Assembly (NCBI GenBank): GCA_964430735.1
Contig: CAYSFB010000012.1
Span: forward strand, 1 to 63,145
DNA from: an uncultured Planctomycetia bacterium
GTDB taxonomy: Bacteria; Omnitrophota; Gorgyraeia; 2-02-FULL-51-18; JAGOUK01
DNA length: 63,145 nucleotides
Reading direction: 5' to 3'
Position 1 is the first letter of the stretch, and each line of letters opens with the position of its first letter. The position numbers and the translations under genes are program-made. Below are positions 45,000 through 54,027 of the stretch, in pieces. A model generated the notes under the pieces. It made no database searches, was not told the origin of the DNA, and saw only the letters and a program-made list of their open reading frames with translations.

Positions 45000-47566
45000 T
45001 CCAGGCCCGGCGATTCCCCGCATGGGCCGCGTGGGCGGCGGCCGTCCTCGTCGCCGGAGCCGCCGGCGTTTACTTCCGCCTCTATCCCCTGACGGTTTTT
45101 CCGCACGACCTGTCCCAAAACAACGCGAAGGTTCTGGTCATCTCCAAAATGCGGCAGACGGCCGCGGAAGCGATCGGGCGGCGCGAACCGGGCCTGCCCT
45201 CCGTCGAGCGGCTCCGCCGCGCGAACGCGGTCGTCGCGCAGAACCTTAAGTCCGACCCTGCCGGATTCAAACGCGCTCTCGCCCGACAGACGCAGGCGCT
45301 CGAGCGCGCGATGCGTGCTGAGACCCGTGGCGGATTTTTGCTCGAAGTCGATCCCTACTATTACCTGAGCCAGACCGAACGGATTCTTAAAACGGGTCGG
45401 TTGGCGGAGCAAACCCGCGGCCGTGAATTCCTGAATCTGATGACGCTTGCGCCGGCCGGATATTGGTATCCGATGGATCTGCATCCTCAGATCGGAGCCT
45501 GCCTCGTCCGCATCGTCCGGATTACGCTTCCGAATGTCGACACGGTGGCCGTCGTCCGCTGGATTCCTCTCCTGGCGGCGTTGGCGGCGTTGGCGGTCTT
45601 CGCCGCATTTTGCCGGCGCACGGCCGGCGTCACCGGATGGGCCGGATTCGCGGGCCTGTCTTATCTGATGCTGTGTCCGATGTTTCTCAAGCGGAGCTTG
45701 GTCGGATGGTACGACACCGACCCCTACAACGTGCTCTTTCCGCTGGCGGCCATCGCCGGCATCTTCACCGCCTTCGGACCGGCGGCTTCCTCGCGTCAGC
45801 GCTGGATCGGCGCGGCCGGAGCCGGCGCGGCCTTCGCGCTGCACGCTCTGTTCTGGCGCGGTTGGCTGATTCCGTTCCTGGTGCTGTTCCTGCTGACGGC
45901 GGCAGGGTTGGCCGTTCCGCGGCGCCTGAGACCGGACGGACTGACCGTGCGGCTGCAGGCAGCGCTGCTCCTGCCCATCGGGCTCATTCCCCTCGCCGCA
46001 CTGACCGTCGTCTGGGGCTTCACGGGCCTCGGACAGGAAGCGGCGTCGGCCATCGATTTTATACGCGGTTTTCTCAAGCCGGGCTTCCAGCCCTGGCCGG
46101 ACGTTTTTATCACGGTGGGTGAGCTCAAACCGATGGGCTTCTGGCGTCTCACCCAGCTATTGGGCGGACCGCTTTGGGTGATCGCCGCTGTCGGCGGACT
46201 CGCGCTGGCGATCGCGCGCCGAATCCGGTCGGCGGACAAAGAGCCTTCCCGGCTCATCCCGATGATCGTTCTTTTGGGTGCGACCTGCGTCTGTCTCATC
46301 GTCTCGGTGCGGATCCAGCGCTTCGCCATTCTCGCGGCCGCGCCCCTGGCTGCGGCCATGCCGTTCGCCTGGGACGAATGGCGCCGACGCGCCGTCGCCG
46401 CGTTGCCGCACATCTTCGCCCCGCACGCCGCGCAGGCGATCGCTGCCCGCTTCCGGCTGATCTGGCCGGCAGCCATCATCGTTTCGCTGACGTTCCTCGG
46501 CGTCCGCGCGCATGCTGAGACCGTCCATTTTTACCCGCTGTACAACACGACCTGGGACCGGATGATGACGCAGGTCCGGACCCAAACACCCGAGGACGCG
46601 ATCATCACCAGTTGGTGGTCTCCGGGACATTTCCTGACATCCATGGGCGGGCGGCGCGTGACATTCGACGGGTCGAGCCAGAACGAGCCTCAGGCCTATT
46701 GGACCGCGAATCTCTTTTTGGAAAATTCCGAACGCGCCGCGCTGGGCATCCTCCGGATGCTCGACATTTCGGGCAACGCGGCGGTGGATCACTTGACCGC
46801 GCGCGGTTTTTCGATCGCGGACTCGGTCGACCTCATCCGCTCCGTGCTTCCGCTCTCCCGCAAGGACGCGCACGACAAGCTGACCCGCCGGTTCACCGCG
46901 GAAGAAGCGGACGCGCTGCTGGATTTGACGCACGGCCGGGCCATTCCTCCTCCCGCCTATCTTTTCGTCTACAACCACATGATCGAACAGGCGCTCGCTC
47001 TCGAATTCATCGGACGGTGGAACTTCCGCAAGGCGGAGGCGTTCGAACAATACCTCAGAGAACAGCCGGATGAAGTGGACCGCCGCCTGCTCACGCGGGC
47101 CACGCCCCAAAACACCAAACTGCTGTGGACGTTGAGTGAAAAACCGACCTTTTACGAAGGTGAAGGTTACCAGGTCGCGGCGAATGGGGACTTTGTGATC
47201 TTTTCAAACGGAGTGCGGCTGAACCTTAAAACCTGGGACGCCGAGATCCGGGGCAACCAGCATGTGAACGGCCGGCCGGTCAGCGTTTTCCGGATCAACG
47301 CTCGGAACGAGCTCGTCGAAACGCCCGTCGCTGAGCCGACCCTCACCGTTTCGGTGCTGCTGATTGAGGACTCCAAGCCCGGAGCTCCTTCCACTTACCG
47401 CTCGGTGATCATGGGCCGTCGGTTCGCCGGGTCGGTCGCGATGCGGCTTTATTATCTGGGAGGGCGCGGGCTGAAGATGATCCGGCAGGCCGCAGCGGAA
47501 GATTCGGCGGCGACCCGTACGCGCCTCGGACTGTTTGAAGTAGATTGGAAGCGGTTCGATTCTTAA
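44996..47566 (+). CDS. STT3/PglB/AglB-like oligosaccharyltransferase (GT-C fold), variant WWSPG motif
   Basis: 856 aa, about 13 TM plus a soluble C-terminal domain. Motifs in order: EVDPYYY (D119), RSLVGWYDTDPYN (D240/D242), TVGE (E376), SWWSPGH (aa 539-545). GTGA overlap with the S41 peptidase stop. Confidence 0.68.
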   Translation: MIQARRFPAWAAWAAAVLVAGAAGVYFRLYPLTVFPHDLSQNNAKVLVISKMRQTAAEAIGRREPGLPSVERLRRANAVVAQNLKSDPAGFKRALARQTQALERAMRAETRGGFLLEVDPYYYLSQTERILKTGRLAEQTRGREFLNLMTLAPAGYWYPMDLHPQIGACLVRIVRITLPNVDTVAVVRWIPLLAALAALAVFAAFCRRTAGVTGWAGFAGLSYLMLCPMFLKRSLVGWYDTDPYNVLFPLAAIAGIFTAFGPAASSRQRWIGAAGAGAAFALHALFWRGWLIPFLVLFLLTAAGLAVPRRLRPDGLTVRLQAALLLPIGLIPLAALTVVWGFTGLGQEAASAIDFIRGFLKPGFQPWPDVFITVGELKPMGFWRLTQLLGGPLWVIAAVGGLALAIARRIRSADKEPSRLIPMIVLLGATCVCLIVSVRIQRFAILAAAPLAAAMPFAWDEWRRRAVAALPHIFAPHAAQAIAARFRLIWPAAIIVSLTFLGVRAHAETVHFYPLYNTTWDRMMTQVRTQTPEDAIITSWWSPGHFLTSMGGRRVTFDGSSQNEPQAYWTANLFLENSERAALGILRMLDISGNAAVDHLTARGFSIADSVDLIRSVLPLSRKDAHDKLTRRFTAEEADALLDLTHGRAIPPPAYLFVYNHMIEQALALEFIGRWNFRKAEAFEQYLREQPDEVDRRLLTRATPQNTKLLWTLSEKPTFYEGEGYQVAANGDFVIFSNGVRLNLKTWDAEIRGNQHVNGRPVSVFRINARNELVETPVAEPTLTVSVLLIEDSKPGAPSTYRSVIMGRRFAGSVAMRLYYLGGRGLKMIRQAAAEDSAATRTRLGLFEVDWKRFDS

Positions 47567-48264
47567 GAAGCTTCGGTCCGGTTTTTGGCTTTTTCCGTAT
47601 AGATCAGATACTCCAGCCTCCGGGCCTGATCCTGCCGGCCCAAACGTCTCATCTCGGTGACAGCGTCCAGAGCCAAGTCGGTCCGACCCGCATAAACAGC
47701 CGTCACACCGATCAGTTTGAGCGTTCGCATAGAATCGGGATTCACGGCCCGCGCCTTTTCAAGCGACGCGAACGCAGCGTCCCAGTTTTTTTTCCGGTAA
47801 TAGATTCCCGCGAGTTCCTGGTGGGCCGCTTCGAAAGACGGCTTGATCCGGATCGCCTCCAGATAGCGCTCCTCCGCCTTGTCGTTCTCACCGATCGCAG
47901 CATAGGCCTTGGCCAGTGTATACAACGTCTTGGATTGACCCGGCTCTCTCCGCAGAGCTTCCTCCAAATGCAGCACCGCCGATTCGTATTCCTGGGTTTG
48001 GACATAAATGAGACCCAAGCTGTGATGGATCGCCGGGATATCGGGGGCGAGCTCCAGCGCGTCCATAAACGCGCGTTCCGCTTCAGCGTACCGCTTCGCG
48101 TTGAGAAGGCGGTTGCCCTTTTCGTAGAGAGCGGTGACACGCTGACGGTTTTCGGGGGAGATGCTTTGGACGGAAGAGCGGGCGGAGAAGTCGGTCTGAG
48201 CCCAGGAAGGTGTCGCCGCCGTCAGCACAACGGCGGCGCAGCAAGAAACGATCAGGCGGGTCAC
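47563..48264 (-). CDS. TPR-repeat protein (PilF/PilW-like), last gene of the T2SS-like array
   Basis: Signal sequence MTRLIVSCCAAVVLTAATPSWAQ. About five TPR units (YAEAERAFMDALELAP, YESAVLHLEEALRREP, DKAEERYLEAIRIKP, WDAAFASLEKARAVNP ...). Confidence 0.75.
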   Translation of the reverse strand: MTRLIVSCCAAVVLTAATPSWAQTDFSARSSVQSISPENRQRVTALYEKGNRLLNAKRYAEAERAFMDALELAPDIPAIHHSLGLIYVQTQEYESAVLHLEEALRREPGQSKTLYTLAKAYAAIGENDKAEERYLEAIRIKPSFEAAHQELAGIYYRKKNWDAAFASLEKARAVNPDSMRTLKLIGVTAVYAGRTDLALDAVTEMRRLGRQDQARRLEYLIYTEKAKNRTEAS

Positions 48265-48899
48265 GCCAGGTTTTTGAGCCCCAGCTTCACGATCGAAAAT
48301 CTGAAACGCAGTTCGTCGTTGGCGGCGCCCTGCCCTCTCAGGCTGAATCCCGCGATCCGGATCGCGGGGTTGGATTGCTCCAGAGACGCCATGAACTGCT
48401 TGATGTTCGAGATGCTGCCGGCCCCTTCCACATCGACTTTAAGGGAGTAAGCCGTGCCTGCTTCTTCGGCCTGCACGGGATTGATGTTGGAGATGAACAG
48501 TCCGACGCTCTGGGAAACGCGTTCGATTTCGCCGAGGTAAGCGGCGATCTCCTCCTCGCGCGAAAGCGCGGGGTCGGTCAAATAGCCGGACAGGGATTCG
48601 TAGGTCTTCTCGATCTGGTCTTTTTTACCCAGGACGGCCAGCTTCTTCGGGATGAGGTCTTCCTTCTGGCGGATCGTCGCAGAGAGCTTGTCCAAATGAC
48701 GGCCCAGGGGCTTGAACATGATCCAATCCATCACGAAAAACATCAGGATGAACGCCGCGACTGCGGCGATCGTCTTCTCCCGCGGCGAAAGCTTGGCGAT
48801 AAAAGCGAGCGGATTGGCTTTGGGCTTGGGTGCGGCTTCCGGCGCTTTTGCGTCAGTTTTTTCGGGGTTCGTTTGGTCGGTCGGGGCAGCGTTCGCCAT
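48261..48899 (-). CDS. PilO/GspM-like bitopic assembly protein
   Basis: Cytoplasmic N-terminus, one TM (TIAAVAAFILMFFVMDWIMF), coiled coil, then a ferredoxin-like C-terminus (GLFISNINPVQAEEAGTAYSLKVDVEGAGSISNIKQFMASLE). Position is after the PilM-PilN-like gene. Confidence 0.6.
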   Translation of the reverse strand: MANAAPTDQTNPEKTDAKAPEAAPKPKANPLAFIAKLSPREKTIAAVAAFILMFFVMDWIMFKPLGRHLDKLSATIRQKEDLIPKKLAVLGKKDQIEKTYESLSGYLTDPALSREEEIAAYLGEIERVSQSVGLFISNINPVQAEEAGTAYSLKVDVEGAGSISNIKQFMASLEQSNPAIRIAGFSLRGQGAANDELRFRFSIVKLGLKNLA

Positions 48900-48903
48900 C
48901 GGA

Positions 48904-50346
48904 TCAGACCTCCTCTAAATTGGCGCTCAGGCCGAAGTCCGTCATGTCCTTACCATCCACTTTTCGGCTTTTGGCATAATCGTTTTTGACGTTCTTGAAG
49001 ACCGGGTTGTTCTCAAATTCGGTGACGAACGAAAACACCCTCGACATCAGCTCCGAAGTGCCCTTGATGGCGACCTTGCCTTCGGCGTCGACGCTCAGTT
49101 CATTCAAATACATCTCCCGGGGGAGGGCTGTTTCCAGCTGAGTCAGCGCGCGCAGACCGGAACCGCGCTTGGCTTCAAACTGGCGGATCAACGCGCTCTG
49201 GTCCGACAAACCGATCAGACGTTCCGCCTGCTGGTTCTTGGCCGCAAAGTTCTTGTCGAGCGCGCCGATGTAGGAAGACTTCAGGTAGACCTTCGCGACG
49301 AACACGCCGAGGAGCAGCGCCGCGATGATCATCGCGAACGTTGCAGCCGCAAAGATCTGCTGGGCCCGCCCGCGGAAGCTGCGGCGGGTTTTGAGGTCGT
49401 CCGGAATAAAATCCATCGCCGCCGGACGGCGGAGAACGGCCGGAAACAGGACCGCGTCCATGGGCGACTGGAACATTTCGGATTCCGAGGCGCGGGCCTG
49501 GGAAGTGGCGGCCACGTGATCAGCCGCGCGCACCTGCTCGAGCGGCAGGCCGCAGGCACTTTTCACTTCGGCCGCAAGCTGGGCGATGTCGGACGAGTCG
49601 GGCCCGATCAACAGAAGTTTCTGAAGCGAGCGGTTGGGTTCGGCGGACTGAAACGCCTCGATGGATTTCTGAATTTCCGCGGCCAGCTCGCGCCGGCTGG
49701 CGACCTGCTGGAGCTGCTTGGTGCCGATGCCGACGCTGCGGACGAAAAACGGCTTGGATTTGCACATGACGATCAAGTCGGCGTGCTCCACATCAACCAG
49801 CACGGCTCCGGTGACGTCCCCATCGGCCACCAGACCGGCTTCGACCAGTCCTTGCGCCACACCCTCAAACGCGACTTCGACCTTGCCGATTTCGACCCCG
49901 GCCAGGCGCAGAACATCGAGGTGCTTGCGAATATTGCCCAGGGAAATGATGACCAGGAGCGCCTTGGTGTAGCGCTCAAGCACCTCTTCGAGATTGAGGT
50001 GGTTGCAGATGATTTCGTCTTTGGAATACGGGGTATGACGGCTGGACTGGAGCTTGACGATGGCTTCGATTTCCTGCGGATCGAAGGAAGGCACTTCCAC
50101 GCTCTTGGTGATCGCAAACTTGGAGGTCACCACGACCCGGGCCGGCACGGACCCGGCGCGGACGGCGGCAAGCCCGCGCACCGTCTCGTCCACAAGCCCG
50201 TTTTCGTCGAGCGCGGAGACGTCGGAATAAAATACGTGCTGGATCTCGGACTTTCCCTGCTGTGTCCGGACGGTCGCCATTTTGAGCGAAACGCCGTCAA
50301 GGTACACAACCAGCTCATCCTGCCGCAGGAACGGAAGATTGCTCAT
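48904..50346 (-). CDS. PilM-PilN fusion / GspL-like assembly protein
   Basis: Start at ATG 50346 (ATGA overlap with the gspK stop). Actin-like PilM pattern (...VEVPSFDPQEIEAIVKLQSSRHTPYSKDE..., LRLAGVEIGKVEVAFEGVAQGL, VLVDVEHADLIVMCKSKPFFVRSVGIGTKQL). TM IFAAATFAMIIAALLLGVFVA, then a PilN-like periplasmic domain. Confidence 0.65.
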   Translation of the reverse strand: MSNLPFLRQDELVVYLDGVSLKMATVRTQQGKSEIQHVFYSDVSALDENGLVDETVRGLAAVRAGSVPARVVVTSKFAITKSVEVPSFDPQEIEAIVKLQSSRHTPYSKDEIICNHLNLEEVLERYTKALLVIISLGNIRKHLDVLRLAGVEIGKVEVAFEGVAQGLVEAGLVADGDVTGAVLVDVEHADLIVMCKSKPFFVRSVGIGTKQLQQVASRRELAAEIQKSIEAFQSAEPNRSLQKLLLIGPDSSDIAQLAAEVKSACGLPLEQVRAADHVAATSQARASESEMFQSPMDAVLFPAVLRRPAAMDFIPDDLKTRRSFRGRAQQIFAAATFAMIIAALLLGVFVAKVYLKSSYIGALDKNFAAKNQQAERLIGLSDQSALIRQFEAKRGSGLRALTQLETALPREMYLNELSVDAEGKVAIKGTSELMSRVFSFVTEFENNPVFKNVKNDYAKSRKVDGKDMTDFGLSANLEEV

Positions 50347-51419
50347 GAAGACTCCATCCATCTTTGGATTCCGCGGCGCAGACCGTAAACGCTCATGGTC
50401 TGACCGCGGGATTGTTTGGCCGACGCCTCAACGACGACGGAAAAATAATTCGAACTCAAGGCCACTGATCTTTTTGCAAACGCATGCCTCAGAGAAACCT
50501 GTTCCTGAAGCCTGAGGCCAAAGGCTGATTTGAGTTTGAGCTCCAAATCCGCCTGACTCTGAAAAACAACGTCATCCGCCGTTCCGCTGATTTCGTCCGG
50601 CCCCGCCCGCAGCGCAAGAATCTTGGTTCCGACGCCGGGATGCAGATCCAGCAGACTGATCAGCTCGGGGCCCGCGGAGTTCAAGTTCACCGCGCCGTCC
50701 CCGTAGACCGTGACATAAAACCGGATGCGGGCGTAAATCTCCCGGGTCATTCCCGGCAACCGCAGAAGCTCGGACACAAACTCGTAATCCGAATTTTTGG
50801 GCGGATAATTCAGCCCCGCCGCATGATACCGGGACTCTTCCGAGCCCCCGGCACCGACAGTTGCGGTCACCGCATCGTCGGCATCCCGATAATCCACTAT
50901 CTGACCCGCGAGGTCCGCGGCCGCTTCACTGTCGAGACCAGCAGCCGTCAAAAAACGCATCAAAAAAAACCTGTCTGCGCGGTTCAGATTTATTTTTCGA
51001 GACTCGTCCATTATACCATAAGTAGTTGTCTGTTTCTGTCTATTCGAGTCAATTTCCGCCTGATTTTGTTCAAATACAGAAATACCCGCTTGGTTTTGCT
51101 GGTCATCCGGTGGAGGAGGGAGCGGCACGACCGGCTTGAACATCGCCTGGTTTAGCTCCCCTTCGGCATACTGGGCGACCGCATAGGATTCCTGCAGTGA
51201 AAACGGCGCTCCTGGCTCCCGCACCCTCAGATGATCGATCGCCGACTTCACCCCGGCTTCCGCCGCCAGTCGCACCCGCTCGCGCTCATCGAGCTTTTGA
51301 AAGAAAAACACGTTTTGCCGTACTTTACCGGCCAGCGTAACGGCCAAAAAAGCGATGAAAGCCGTCGTCCACAGGACGAGGATCAGCACACTGCCCCGGC
51401 GGCCCCATGACCCCCTCAT
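50343..51419 (-). CDS. gspK: Type II secretion minor pseudopilin GspK
   Basis: RRGSVLILVLWTTAFIAFLAVTLA. DESRKINLNRAD. YPPKNSDYEFVSELLRLPGMTREIYARI. GAVNLNSAGPELI (the HhH-like repeats typical of GspK). Confidence 0.78.
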   Translation of the reverse strand: MRGSWGRRGSVLILVLWTTAFIAFLAVTLAGKVRQNVFFFQKLDERERVRLAAEAGVKSAIDHLRVREPGAPFSLQESYAVAQYAEGELNQAMFKPVVPLPPPPDDQQNQAGISVFEQNQAEIDSNRQKQTTTYGIMDESRKINLNRADRFFLMRFLTAAGLDSEAAADLAGQIVDYRDADDAVTATVGAGGSEESRYHAAGLNYPPKNSDYEFVSELLRLPGMTREIYARIRFYVTVYGDGAVNLNSAGPELISLLDLHPGVGTKILALRAGPDEISGTADDVVFQSQADLELKLKSAFGLRLQEQVSLRHAFAKRSVALSSNYFSVVVEASAKQSRGQTMSVYGLRRGIQRWMESS

Positions 51420-51991
51420 GCTTCCTCCGTCCCGACAGGAGCGGCCGGAATCCGCACGTCGCGCGACAAAACCCGCGGTCCGAACCGGCCCTCGTAATCC
51501 ACTCGAATTTTGACGCGGCGCGGGATTTGACCGGGTTCCATTTCGTACTCGAACCGGACGGCGCTCACCCGGCTCATCACCGTTTCGGTTTTTGACGCTT
51601 CCGGAACTTCGAACGTCTGAGGCCGGACCGCTTCCCGGACCAGCCGACCCGTTTCCGCGTCATAGCGGTAGCTCACCTGGATCGGCGACGGGTCAGGCGC
51701 ACCGGCGACCGCCGACAGATCTTCGAGCGAAGCGAAGCTCATCCGGTCTTCGGCGCCTTCAAAAGGAATCAGGGAATAAGCGTTCATGCCGCGCAGGTCC
51801 CGCGTCATCTTGACCATGCCGACGGCGGCCGCCTCCTCCTGAGAGGCCGCGGAGAGCTTGGAAAACATGCGGATGCCCTGCGTCATGAAAACGGCAATCG
51901 TCGCGGCGGAGGCGAGCAGGAGCGCGGAGGCGAGCAGGAGTTCGATCAGCGTGAATCCGGAACGGTCCGGACGGCCGTTAGTTGGCGACAT
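51416..51991 (-). CDS. Minor pseudopilin, GspJ-like
   Basis: Start at ATG 51991. Prepilin-type N-terminus DRSGFTLIELLLASALLLASAATIAVF. 191 aa. ATGA overlap with gspK. Confidence 0.7.
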   Translation of the reverse strand: MSPTNGRPDRSGFTLIELLLASALLLASAATIAVFMTQGIRMFSKLSAASQEEAAAVGMVKMTRDLRGMNAYSLIPFEGAEDRMSFASLEDLSAVAGAPDPSPIQVSYRYDAETGRLVREAVRPQTFEVPEASKTETVMSRVSAVRFEYEMEPGQIPRRVKIRVDYEGRFGPRVLSRDVRIPAAPVGTEEA

Positions 51992-52370
51992 AGGCCGATC
52001 GCGAAAGCCCTGCGGTTCCCTCGCCCATCCAGTTGACCGTGGTCCGAAGCTCGACAAGCGACCCCGCCTGATTCACGGGCAGCGTTTCGATGCGGTAGCG
52101 GAAAGGAGTGCCGTTTTCGACGACTTCTCCTTCGAGCGGAAGCGCGCGGAGGCTGCGGTCCGCCTTGAAGCGGAATTCGGCATCGACGATGAGGTTATTC
52201 AGCACATTTTCGGCGTCAGCGCGCTGGTACAGGTAGCGGAGATGATCGGACGACCGCTGCAGCGCCGGAAGCGCGAGCAAAGCACCGGCGGCCAGAAGCG
52301 TGATGGCCATCAGCACTTCGACGAGCGTGAACCCCCGAAGCGACTTATTGCCAGTTGGCAATCCAGACAT
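51978..52370 (-). CDS. Minor pseudopilin, GspI-like
   Basis: Start at ATG 52370. Prepilin-type N-terminus SLRGFTLVEVLMAITLLAAGALLAL. 130 aa. Overlaps the gspG 3' end by 26 nt. Confidence 0.7.
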   Translation of the reverse strand: MSGLPTGNKSLRGFTLVEVLMAITLLAAGALLALPALQRSSDHLRYLYQRADAENVLNNLIVDAEFRFKADRSLRALPLEGEVVENGTPFRYRIETLPVNQAGSLVELRTTVNWMGEGTAGLSRSAYVAN

Positions 52371-52764
52371 CCGGATTCGACTTGTCGCGTCCGTACGAGT
52401 ACAGGTCGTATCCGACTCCATGCGTGCCCGGATTGGCGTATTGGTAAGGTTCGCCCCAGGGATCGATGGGCTTCTTTTCGAGATAAGGCCCGTTCCAGTT
52501 GCGGGGCGCCGGCGGCGACGTCGGTTTGACGAGCAGCGCCTCCAGCCCCTGAGCCGTCGTCGGAAACATTCCATTGTCGAGTTCGTACAGCTTGAGAGCG
52601 GAAGCGATGTTCGCGCTGATGTCCACTTGCGCAACGGTGACGAGAGCCCTCTCGCCGCGTCCCGCCAGTCTCGGGACCACCATGACGGCCAAAGCGCCGA
52701 TGATCATGACCACGAGCAAAATTTCGATGAGCGTAAATCCGCTCGTACTTTTTAATTTCTTCAA
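52345..52764 (-). CDS. gspG: Type II secretion major pseudopilin GspG
   Basis: MKKLKSTSGFTLIEILLVVMIIGALAVMVVPRL ... ALKLYELDNGMFPTTAQGLEALL ... GPYL...PIDPWGEPYQYANPGTHGVGYDLYSYGRD (T2SSG signature). Confidence 0.93.
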   Translation of the reverse strand: MKKLKSTSGFTLIEILLVVMIIGALAVMVVPRLAGRGERALVTVAQVDISANIASALKLYELDNGMFPTTAQGLEALLVKPTSPPAPRNWNGPYLEKKPIDPWGEPYQYANPGTHGVGYDLYSYGRDKSNPDVWIANWQ

Positions 52765-52776
52765 TTTATCTCCTTC

Positions 52777-54024
52777 TCACCGCAGAACGTCCATTTCAAA
52801 AATAGGCATCAACATCGCGAGCACCACAAATCCGACGATCCCTCCGACGATGACGATCATCGCCGGCTCCAACAGGGAGGTGAACATGCGGATATGGTCT
52901 TCGACTTCTTCTTCGTAGACCTGGGCGATCTCCACGAGGAGGTTCTGAAGATTGCCCGACTCTTCTCCGACGGCGACCATGTCCGTCACCAAAAACGGGA
53001 ACGCCCCGGTCTGGCGGAGCGACTGGCCAAAAAAGGCTCCGGTCCGTACGCGGGCGGCGGCGTCCTGGAGCGCGGCGCGCAGATGGGCCAGGTTCACGAT
53101 CGGGCCGGCAACTTCCAACCCCTGAAGAAACGGAACGCCGTTGGACATCGACATGTGAAGCGCCCGGCAGAAGCGCGCGATCTCCGATTTGAGCAGCAAC
53201 GGCCCGATCAATGGCCATCCGGCGCGCATCCGGTCCCATTCCTCATCGCCCATGCTTTGCCGCATCCGGCGCGGAAGCCACACGGCCGCCGCGTATCCGA
53301 GCAGAATCACGACGGGCCATCCGTAGCGCATGGCGTTGCCCGCTGCGATCACGATTCTCGTCGGAAGCGGAAGCTCCTGTCCGATGTTTTGGAACAACAG
53401 GGTCAACCGCGGCACGACGAACGTCAGAATGAAGAGCACCGTCACAAGGCCCGCACCCAACAAGAAGAGCGGATAGACCATCGCCTGGCGAACCGTGCTG
53501 CGCAGCCGCTCGTGTTTTTTTAAATGTTCGCTCAAGATAAGGAGCGTCTCCTGCAGCACGCTCCCCTGTTCCCCCGAACGGACCATCGCCACGTACATCC
53601 CGGAAAAATATTCCGGATGCGATTCGAGCGCGGCAGAGAGCGTGCGGCCTTCCTTGAGGTCCTTGTGCAGGTCGGCGAGGACCGATCGAAATTCCTTGTC
53701 CTGGGTTTCGTCGCGGATGATTTCGAGCGCCCGAAGCACCGGGATCTGGTTTTTGAGAAAAGCGGACAGGTGCCGGCTGAAGATGATGACTTGTTTCTCG
53801 CGGCGGCCCGAGTTGCGCTGCCATGCGGGGACCGGCGTTCGGACGCCGCGGTCCGAGGCGGCGGAGCGGGGGGAAACCGGCTGGTTTTTTTTGGGCCACA
53901 CCCGGACCGGGAGGTAGCCCTTGCGGCTGATCCGGTCGATCGCTTCCGTTTCGGTCGCCGCTTCCACCGTCCCTTGGACCTGACGGGTCGGACCGTCCTT
54001 GGCCAGGTATTCGAATTCGGGCAC
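52777..54024 (-). CDS. gspF: Type II secretion / type IV pilus platform protein GspF/PilC
   Basis: 415 aa with two T2SSF repeats (FSRHLSAFLKNQIPVLRALEII..., FCRALHMSMSNGVPFLQGLEVAG...) and 3 TM. C-terminal PAMIVIVGGIVGFVVLAMLMPIFEM. Confidence 0.93.
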   Translation of the reverse strand: MPEFEYLAKDGPTRQVQGTVEAATETEAIDRISRKGYLPVRVWPKKNQPVSPRSAASDRGVRTPVPAWQRNSGRREKQVIIFSRHLSAFLKNQIPVLRALEIIRDETQDKEFRSVLADLHKDLKEGRTLSAALESHPEYFSGMYVAMVRSGEQGSVLQETLLILSEHLKKHERLRSTVRQAMVYPLFLLGAGLVTVLFILTFVVPRLTLLFQNIGQELPLPTRIVIAAGNAMRYGWPVVILLGYAAAVWLPRRMRQSMGDEEWDRMRAGWPLIGPLLLKSEIARFCRALHMSMSNGVPFLQGLEVAGPIVNLAHLRAALQDAAARVRTGAFFGQSLRQTGAFPFLVTDMVAVGEESGNLQNLLVEIAQVYEEEVEDHIRMFTSLLEPAMIVIVGGIVGFVVLAMLMPIFEMDVLR

Positions 54025-54027
54025 GCG

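Noticed and set aside
44933-47110. Minus-strand ORFs 44933..45844, 45796..46479 and 46157..47110
   Set aside because: They are antisense to the STT3-like membrane protein. Their products are Arg/Gly/Pro-rich with no hydrophobic or catalytic motifs.
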